A stretch of DNA of 64,000 bases, from positions 34,236 to 98,235 of the forward strand of contig DASZGL010000095.1 of the NCBI GenBank assembly GCA_035938875.1, written 5' to 3'. This DNA is from Candidatus Dormiibacterota bacterium. Lineage in GTDB: Bacteria; Chloroflexota; Dormibacteria; Aeolococcales; Aeolococcaceae. Shown piece after piece: positions 58,269 to 64,000 of this stretch. Each line of letters starts with the position of its first letter. The stretch's first letter is position 1. Under the pieces are notes generated by a model. That model searched no databases. It worked only from the letters and a program-made list of their open reading frames with translations, and was not told where the DNA came from. A program made the translations under genes and the position numbers.

Positions 58269-58805
58269 GTGCCCGATGACCGTCACTCCCGATTTCCCTC
58301 GCGCGACCGCGATCGCGACCGTGACCGCGGTGCGCCGCGTCCGCCGTTCGTCCAGCGCCGGCCGCCGTTCGCTCCCCGGCCCCCTGGTCCGCCGGCTGCC
58401 TCTCCGATGGACCCGCATGCCTCGCTCCGCCTGCGCGACGGTGACCGTGAGATCGAGGTGAGCGGGTCGCCGGGGTTCGTGCGCCAGGCCCTGGACGACC
58501 TTCCCAGCCTGCTCGCCCGTCTCCGTGGCGAGACTGGGTCGGCGCGGCCCACATCGATCTCCCTGCCCGCTCCGCCCGAGGCTGTGCCAGATGTTGTGGC
58601 TGATGTTGTCAGCAACGGCGGATCCTCGCTGGACGACAAGGTGCTCGCGGTGATCGCCGCATCGCGCCGGCCCATCAGCATCGCCGACATCCGCGAGCGC
58701 CTCGAGGGACAGGTCAGTGGCCAGCAGGTGCGGCGCATCCTCGAGCGCGCCGGCGAACGGGTGGTATCCAACGGCGGCAAGCCGGCCACCTATCGACTGC
58801 GCTGA
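58269..58805 (+). CDS. Hypothetical protein with an N-terminal RDRDRDRDR low-complexity tract and a C-terminal winged-helix-like segment
   Basis: The C-terminus is LAVIAASRRPISIADIRERLEGQVSGQQVRRILERAGERVV. The start is uncertain, and ATG 58407 (MDPHASL) is possible. Confidence 0.4.
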   Translation: MPDDRHSRFPSRDRDRDRDRGAPRPPFVQRRPPFAPRPPGPPAASPMDPHASLRLRDGDREIEVSGSPGFVRQALDDLPSLLARLRGETGSARPTSISLPAPPEAVPDVVADVVSNGGSSLDDKVLAVIAASRRPISIADIRERLEGQVSGQQVRRILERAGERVVSNGGKPATYRLR

Positions 58806-60303
58806 GCCCGCGTCTGCGCTGACGCTGGCGGAGCTGCCCTGGGTGGCAGCGCAGAGGGATCCATCGGCGACTGCACTGCGTCTGCGCAGCACGGCGATGG
58901 ATTACGCGACGCTCGATGCAGCCTGCGCCGGCGTGGCAACGACGCTCGATCGCCGCGGAGTGGGCGGCGACGACGTGGTCGCGCTGTGCTGCGGCAACAG
59001 CCTGGCGACCGCGGCTGCGTACTACGGCGCGCTTCGCTGCGGTGCCCGGGTCGCCCCGATTTCGGTGGCGTCGCCACCGGGCGAGATCGCCGTGGCGCTG
59101 CAGCGGCTGCGCGCCGGCGTGGTTATCAGCGACGAAGAACATGCCGACATCGCCCGCGCGGCGATCGACATGGCCGCCACCGGTGTCCGCCTGCTGACCA
59201 TCAGCGAGACCACCAGCCGTCGCCGCGACTGGGTGAGTTTGCCCGCGCTCGCGGCACATCGTCGCGCAGCTCCACAGCACCTTCGGGCACGGGCGCCCGC
59301 TGTCATCCTGGCGACGTCGGGGACGACAGGGACCCCGCGTTGGGCGGTCCACTCGCACGCCGGCTTGCTGCGCAACGCCGCAGCCGTGGCCCAGGAGATG
59401 CTCCAGCTCGGGGCGGGCGACGTTCAGCTGGGAGCGCTGCCGCTGGCCCACTCGTTCGGCATGAGCGCGGTGCTCAGCGCCTCGGTGATGGCCGGCGCCA
59501 GCGTCGTCCTGATGCCCCGCTTCGACGCCGATGCGGCTATTCGGCTCATCGACGAGCAGCGCATCTCCGTCGTTCAGGGCGTGCCGACAATGCTCAGCCG
59601 CCTGGCGTCGGCGTCGACTTCACCGCCGCCAACTCTGCGCCGCTGCGTGGTCAGCGGAGCGCCGCTTCCCAACGGATTTGCTGCACGCCTCCACGATCGG
59701 CTCTGCACCGACGTGGTCGAACGCTACGGCATGACCGAGGTGTCGCCGCTGACCATGCGGACGGTTCCTCGGGACGGTGGCGATGTGGGCGACGTCGGCA
59801 GAGCGCTGCGCGGTGTCGTGGTGCGCACCGTGGACGGCGCCGCGTCAGGCGAGCTCGAGGCATCGGCGGCGACGATGCTCATCGGCTACCACCGCGAGCG
59901 AGCCGCCACCCGTGCGGCGCTACGCGAAGGCTTCTTTCGCACCGGCGACCTCGGCCGAGTCGAGGAGGACGGACGGGTGATCCTGCTCGGCCGTCTCAAG
60001 GACGTCATTGTCAGAGGTGGCAACAACGTCGCCGCGCGCGAGGTCGAACAGGTCCTCGAGGGTCACCCCGACGTCATCGAGGTGGCCGTGCTGGGCGTGC
60101 CCGATCCTGACCTCGGTGAGGAGGTCATCGCCGCGGTGGTGAGCAGGCGCCGTGGCGCCCGGCTGATCGCCGAACTGGAGACGCGCTGCGCCGAACAGCT
60201 GGCCGCGTACAAACGCCCACGACGCTGGCACCGTCTCGACGCCCTGCCCCGGACGGCATCAGGCAAGGTGCGCAAGAGCGAGCTGCGCGACCTGCTCGGC
60301 TGA
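58717..60303 (+). CDS. AMP-dependent acyl-CoA synthetase/ligase
   Basis: Motifs include the AMP-binding signature ILATSGTTGTPR, YGMTE, and GD/K near the C-terminus. The start is ambiguous: track ATG 58717 overlaps the previous gene by 89 nt, while the in-frame GTG 58843 fits the conserved N-terminus better. Confidence 0.8.
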   Translation: MASRCGASSSAPANGWYPTAASRPPIDCAEPASALTLAELPWVAAQRDPSATALRLRSTAMDYATLDAACAGVATTLDRRGVGGDDVVALCCGNSLATAAAYYGALRCGARVAPISVASPPGEIAVALQRLRAGVVISDEEHADIARAAIDMAATGVRLLTISETTSRRRDWVSLPALAAHRRAAPQHLRARAPAVILATSGTTGTPRWAVHSHAGLLRNAAAVAQEMLQLGAGDVQLGALPLAHSFGMSAVLSASVMAGASVVLMPRFDADAAIRLIDEQRISVVQGVPTMLSRLASASTSPPPTLRRCVVSGAPLPNGFAARLHDRLCTDVVERYGMTEVSPLTMRTVPRDGGDVGDVGRALRGVVVRTVDGAASGELEASAATMLIGYHRERAATRAALREGFFRTGDLGRVEEDGRVILLGRLKDVIVRGGNNVAAREVEQVLEGHPDVIEVAVLGVPDPDLGEEVIAAVVSRRRGARLIAELETRCAEQLAAYKRPRRWHRLDALPRTASGKVRKSELRDLLG

Positions 60304-60369
60304 TCTCGAGGCCACCTGGCACCGTACCGCCATGCTCCCGGCCGTCCCGCCTTCGCCTATAGTCGGCGC

Positions 60370-61614
60370 GTGGCCTCCCCGCCGGCGCGCCCTGGGGCGT
60401 CGCCGACCCAGCTCACTCAGCACGCATTCAGAGAGTCGCCGCCGCCGACTCGTCGTGGTCGCGGCTTCGGGCTCGCCGCGGTGGTGGTGCTGGCAGGGGT
60501 GGGTGCGGTGAGTTGCGGGTCGCCGCAGGTGGTCGTGCGCGATGCCGCCGTCAACAACGCGCCGACGGTCGACGTCCCGACCAATCCCCCGACCAACCCG
60601 CCGACTTCCCCGGTGGCAGCGACAGGCACTCGCAACGTCTACGCCGCGACCATGTCGGGCAAGCTGAGCCCGGCGGTGCAGGGCATGCCCTTTCGTGTCT
60701 ACGTCCCCAACAGCGATGGAACGACTGTCTCCGTCATCGACCCGGCGACCTTCACCGTCATCGATCACCTCGGCGTCGGCCGTTTCCCGGAGCACATCGC
60801 ACCGGCCCACGACCTGAGCAAGCTCTACGTCGACAACGAGGGAACGTGGAGTCTCAGCGTCATCGATCCTACGACCGCAAAGCTGTCCGGTGATCTCATC
60901 CCCTTACCCGATCCGTACAACCTCTACTTCACCCCCGACGGGACCAAGGCGATCGTCGTCCAGGAGCGTCTGCGGAGACTGGAGTTCCGCGATCCCACGA
61001 CCTGGAAGGTGATCAAGGACCTGCCGATCTCCATCAACGGCATCGATCACCTCGATTTCAGCGCTGACGGCAAGTACTTCCTGATCACCACCGAGTATTC
61101 CGGGATGGTCGCCAAAGTCGACGTCGACACCATGACCGTTGTCGGCTGGGTCAAGGTTGGCGGCCTTCCCATCGACGTACGCCTGTCACCCGATGGCACA
61201 GTGTTCTACATCGCCAACCAGGGGCGCAGCGGCGTTTCCGTTGTCGACGGCGAGACGCTCAAGGAGGTGCAATTCATCAACACCGGCCGTGGAGCGCACG
61301 GCCTGTACGTCTCGCGCGACACCAGGTCGATGTACGTCTCCAACCGGCTCGAGGGCACGATCTCGGTCATCGACATGGCGACGCGCACCGCGGTCACCAA
61401 GTGGAAGGTCGGTGGCAGCCCGGACATGCTGCAGCTCAACCCCGACGGGACTCAGCTGTGGATGTCGAGTCGCTACGACGCCACCGTCATCGTCGTCGAC
61501 ACGGCGACGGGAACCGTGATCAAACGTATCTACTCAGGTTCCGGCGACCACGGCCTCTGCTACTTCCCCGCGCCGGGCAACATCTCGCTCGGTCACAACG
61601 GCGTGTACCGCTAA
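60370..61614 (+). CDS. Secreted YVTN-family beta-propeller repeat protein
   Basis: 414 aa with a signal peptide and likely lipobox (GAVSCGS) and a PTNPPTNPPTSP linker. About 7 repeats of roughly 40 aa (YVPNSDGTTVSVID, YVDNEGTWSLSVID, YIANQGRSGVSVVD, YVSNRLEGTISVID). Confidence 0.75.
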   Translation: MASPPARPGASPTQLTQHAFRESPPPTRRGRGFGLAAVVVLAGVGAVSCGSPQVVVRDAAVNNAPTVDVPTNPPTNPPTSPVAATGTRNVYAATMSGKLSPAVQGMPFRVYVPNSDGTTVSVIDPATFTVIDHLGVGRFPEHIAPAHDLSKLYVDNEGTWSLSVIDPTTAKLSGDLIPLPDPYNLYFTPDGTKAIVVQERLRRLEFRDPTTWKVIKDLPISINGIDHLDFSADGKYFLITTEYSGMVAKVDVDTMTVVGWVKVGGLPIDVRLSPDGTVFYIANQGRSGVSVVDGETLKEVQFINTGRGAHGLYVSRDTRSMYVSNRLEGTISVIDMATRTAVTKWKVGGSPDMLQLNPDGTQLWMSSRYDATVIVVDTATGTVIKRIYSGSGDHGLCYFPAPGNISLGHNGVYR

Positions 61615-61620
61615 TTCCGG

Positions 61621-62637
61621 CTAGGTGATCGAGGTACAGGTGGCGACGGGATGGAGTCCGGGGTGGTCGCCGCCGCCGCAGGCCCAGGCACGGCCGCCGA
61701 GGACGGCCAGTTGGAAACCGTGTCGTGGCACGAGCATGCTGTCGAGCGACCACGATCCGTCCGCGAACCGGGCCACCTGATCGACGATGACGCTTTCAAC
61801 GGCATCCTCGCCGCCGGCGACGATGACCGTGCCGGCGAGCGTCACACCTCCAGCACCGCTCGTCGGACGGGGAAGCGGTGGCAGCGAACGCCACTGTGCT
61901 GCGGCGCTGTCGAAGCAGTCGACCCGGGTCGTGTTCGGTGAGCGGCCGCCGGCGACGCACGGCATCCCCTGGTCGACGAAACCTGAGACGTGGTCGCGGG
62001 GCAGTGGCAGTGGCGGCAGGTCACGCCAGCGCGCCGACTCCGGGTCGTAGACCTCGGCAGGCCCGACTTCGACGAGGCCATCACGACCTCCGATGGCATA
62101 CAGACGTCCACTCGTTGCCACCAGCGCAGGCGCGATACGCGCGTGCCCCAAGGGTGTGATGCGTTGCCACGCGTCGCCGCTCGACGAGAGCACAAATGCG
62201 GCGGTGCTCGCCCCCATAGGCGTCGAGCCGCCGATGACGTAGAGGCGATCGCCGAGCACCGCCGCTGAGGCGTGGTCGACGGCCACGGGAAGGCGTGGGC
62301 CGCGCGTCCACACCGCGCCACCGAAGACGAAGACCGAGTCGGTGTCGCTGCCCCCTGCGTCGAAGCCGCCGATGACATAGAGGCGTTCGTGCAACGCAGC
62401 GGCGGCGGTCTCCTCGCGGGGTTCCGGCAGCGGCACCTCCGCCTGCTGTGTCCTCGGCTGCGGAAACGGCGTCGCGCTGCTCGACGGAGTGGTGGTGCCG
62501 CTGCTCGACGGGGAAGATGACGCGCTGCTCGACACCGACACGGTGGAGTCGCCCGACGAACAGCTCGCCGACAGCAGCACAGTTGCGGCGACGAGCGCCG
62601 CACGGCGCACGGCGACCCACCAGCGCCGGCATCCCAC
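61621..62637 (-). CDS. Kelch-repeat beta-propeller lipoprotein (NanM / galactose-oxidase-like)
   Basis: 338 aa with a signal and lipobox (LLSASCSS) and a Ser/Thr/Pro linker. Repeats include LYVIGG, LYAIGG and VAGG with a conserved W/Y. Confidence 0.75.
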   Translation of the reverse strand: MGCRRWWVAVRRAALVAATVLLSASCSSGDSTVSVSSSASSSPSSSGTTTPSSSATPFPQPRTQQAEVPLPEPREETAAAALHERLYVIGGFDAGGSDTDSVFVFGGAVWTRGPRLPVAVDHASAAVLGDRLYVIGGSTPMGASTAAFVLSSSGDAWQRITPLGHARIAPALVATSGRLYAIGGRDGLVEVGPAEVYDPESARWRDLPPLPLPRDHVSGFVDQGMPCVAGGRSPNTTRVDCFDSAAAQWRSLPPLPRPTSGAGGVTLAGTVIVAGGEDAVESVIVDQVARFADGSWSLDSMLVPRHGFQLAVLGGRAWACGGGDHPGLHPVATCTSIT

Positions 62638-62639
62638 GA

Positions 62640-64000
62640 TCAGAATCCGAAGGCCACGCCGTCACGACGGCGGTCAGCGCCGCCCTCGAGCCAGCCATCG
62701 TGATGACAGCGCACCACCTGTCCTGCGCCCATGGCCTCGGCGGCCACGACCTCGAAGCCACCGTTGCGCAGCTCTGCGGCGACTGCCGGCGAGAAGCCGT
62801 CCTCAACGCCGACACGATCACCTCCCAACCAGGCGACCCGCGGAGCATCAAGCGCCGTCTGCGGATCGGCGCCGTGGTCGACGAGATGCGAGATCACCTG
62901 CACCTGTCCCTGCGGCTGCATGGATCCACCGACGACCCCGAGGACGGACCACACGCCACCGTCGCGCTGCAGCATCGCGGGGATGATGGTGTGGAATGGT
63001 CGCTTGCCGGGCGCGGCGACGTTGGCGTGACCTGCCTCGAGAGAGAATCCGCAACCGCGGTTCTGCAGCACGGCGCCACCCGCGTGAATGCCCGAACCGA
63101 AGGGGTAGAACACCGACGAGATGAGACTCACCGCCATGCCCCCAGCGACGACGGCGGTGTACACCGTGTCGCGGCCCGTCCAGAATGCCGGGATCTCAGC
63201 GTGTCGAGGATCTGCGATAAGGCGATGCGCCAGGCGCATGCCGTCACGGATGGCGCGCACCGTCGCCACCACCGTCGCCGGATCCCCGGCAGCGCCCGGC
63301 GACTCGTGGTCGCGCTGCGCCAGCGCGGCGAGCACCGCTGCGCCCTGCCCGTTGGGCGGCAGCTGGATCACCTCGACGTCGCGGTAGCGTCCGCGCAACG
63401 GCGCCACCCACTCGCCCCGATGCGCCGCCAGGTCGCCGGCATCGAGCACGCCACCGGCCTCCTGCACGGCGGCAACAGCAATCTGCGCCCACTCACCGCT
63501 GTAGTGCGCCTCACATCCGCCTGCGGCGATGGCGTCGAGCGTCGTCGCCAGGGCGGGATTCGCAAAGCGCTGTCCCGCCGCAACGGACACGGGAAAGGGA
63601 GAGTGAGCACGAAGCCGGTGCGCGTTGCGCGACCAAGCGCCGGCTGCCCTCGCACCGAGCGGGAAGCCATCGCGGGCGAGCCTCCGCGACGGTTCCAGCA
63701 GTCTCGGCAGCCCCAGGCGGCCGAAGCGCTCATTCAGCTGAGCCCAACCGTCGACGGCGCCGGGCACGGTGACGCTCAGCGCCGAGGTGTCGCTCAGCGC
63801 CGTCGTCAGCTCACCACCATCGCCTTGCGCCCGCTCGGCCCAGCACATCTCCATCGTCAGCCGCGCAGGAGCTGCGCCCGAACCGTTGAAGCCGTGCACC
63901 TCGCGACCGTCGTCGACGACGCAGAAGAGGTCGCCGCCGACCGACGTCGAAAACGGCTGCACGACGCCGAGGACGGCGTCGGACGCAAGCGCTGCGTCCA
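62640..64000 (-). CDS. ggt: Gamma-glutamyltranspeptidase (partial; the N-terminus lies beyond the window end)
   Basis: The GGT small-subunit start TTHLSVVD-like region is present, along with GGSMQPQGQVQVISHLVDHG. The reading frame stays open to position 64000. Confidence 0.85.
   Translation of the reverse strand, partial: DAALASDAVLGVVQPFSTSVGGDLFCVVDDGREVHGFNGSGAAPARLTMEMCWAERAQGDGGELTTALSDTSALSVTVPGAVDGWAQLNERFGRLGLPRLLEPSRRLARDGFPLGARAAGAWSRNAHRLRAHSPFPVSVAAGQRFANPALATTLDAIAAGGCEAHYSGEWAQIAVAAVQEAGGVLDAGDLAAHRGEWVAPLRGRYRDVEVIQLPPNGQGAAVLAALAQRDHESPGAAGDPATVVATVRAIRDGMRLAHRLIADPRHAEIPAFWTGRDTVYTAVVAGGMAVSLISSVFYPFGSGIHAGGAVLQNRGCGFSLEAGHANVAAPGKRPFHTIIPAMLQRDGGVWSVLGVVGGSMQPQGQVQVISHLVDHGADPQTALDAPRVAWLGGDRVGVEDGFSPAVAAELRNGGFEVVAAEAMGAGQVVRCHHDGWLEGGADRRRDGVAFGF

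Noticed and set aside
1-64000. Searches for CRISPR arrays, tRNA/rRNA genes, transposases, integrases, phage genes and toxin-antitoxin pairs
   Set aside because: No direct-repeat/spacer architecture, no tRNA-like cloverleaf segments and no DDE or tyrosine-recombinase motifs were seen. The only repeats are the two-copy structured element and the 15-nt tandem array, reported separately.

Overview
This is a high-GC (about 70%) bacterial chromosomal segment. The OpcA-dependent G6PDH operon and a Gram-positive-type CGAAC-N4-GTTCG LexA box point to an actinobacterium-like genome, but that is inference. I support roughly 65 CDS, all placed by reading the six-frame ORF track, adjusting start codons by hand, and recognising motifs. 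No homology search was run. I found no rRNA, tRNA, CRISPR array, transposase or integrase.

Gene content, in order:
- A pentose-phosphate supra-operon: tkt, fused tal-pgi, gnd-like, zwf, opcA, pgl (plus a small coupled ORF), then rpe.
- A divergent pair: membrane protein (-) and GntR regulator (+); then, unrelated, convergent ThpR and a parvulin PPIase.
- A minus-strand catabolic block: SDR, MFS, FAD oxidase, hydrolase, GrpB, aldehyde dehydrogenase, class-III aminotransferase, membrane protein.
- A LivKHMGF-type ABC transporter.
- An unusual three-gene module headed by a single-TM Kelch-propeller protein, with an ECF sigma factor and polytopic membrane protein nearby.
- A GDP-mannose cluster: cupin, PMM, ROK kinase, ManC.
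- metK, divergent from a double zinc-ribbon / Tudor-like gene pair.
- DedA, HtpX, a class-V aminotransferase, and Leu/acyl-CoA catabolism genes: hydrolase, enoyl-CoA hydratase, Fe-ADH, PaaI, EamA, MCC-beta-like carboxyltransferase, HMG-CoA lyase, and a fused EtfB-EtfA.
- rnhB, a flavin reductase, a CAP-domain protein, ilvC, an SOS-box-preceded HhH gene, an Ala-rich protein, YihY, an acyl-CoA ligase, two secreted beta-propellers and a partial GGT.

Non-coding highlights:
- A roughly 60-nt structured repeat in two copies with compensatory G5/C5 versus G6/C6 changes.
- A 15-nt tandem array.
- A strong intrinsic terminator after the SBP gene.
- A Cheo/LexA box.

Many long ORFs in the track are antisense artefacts of the high GC and are rejected.
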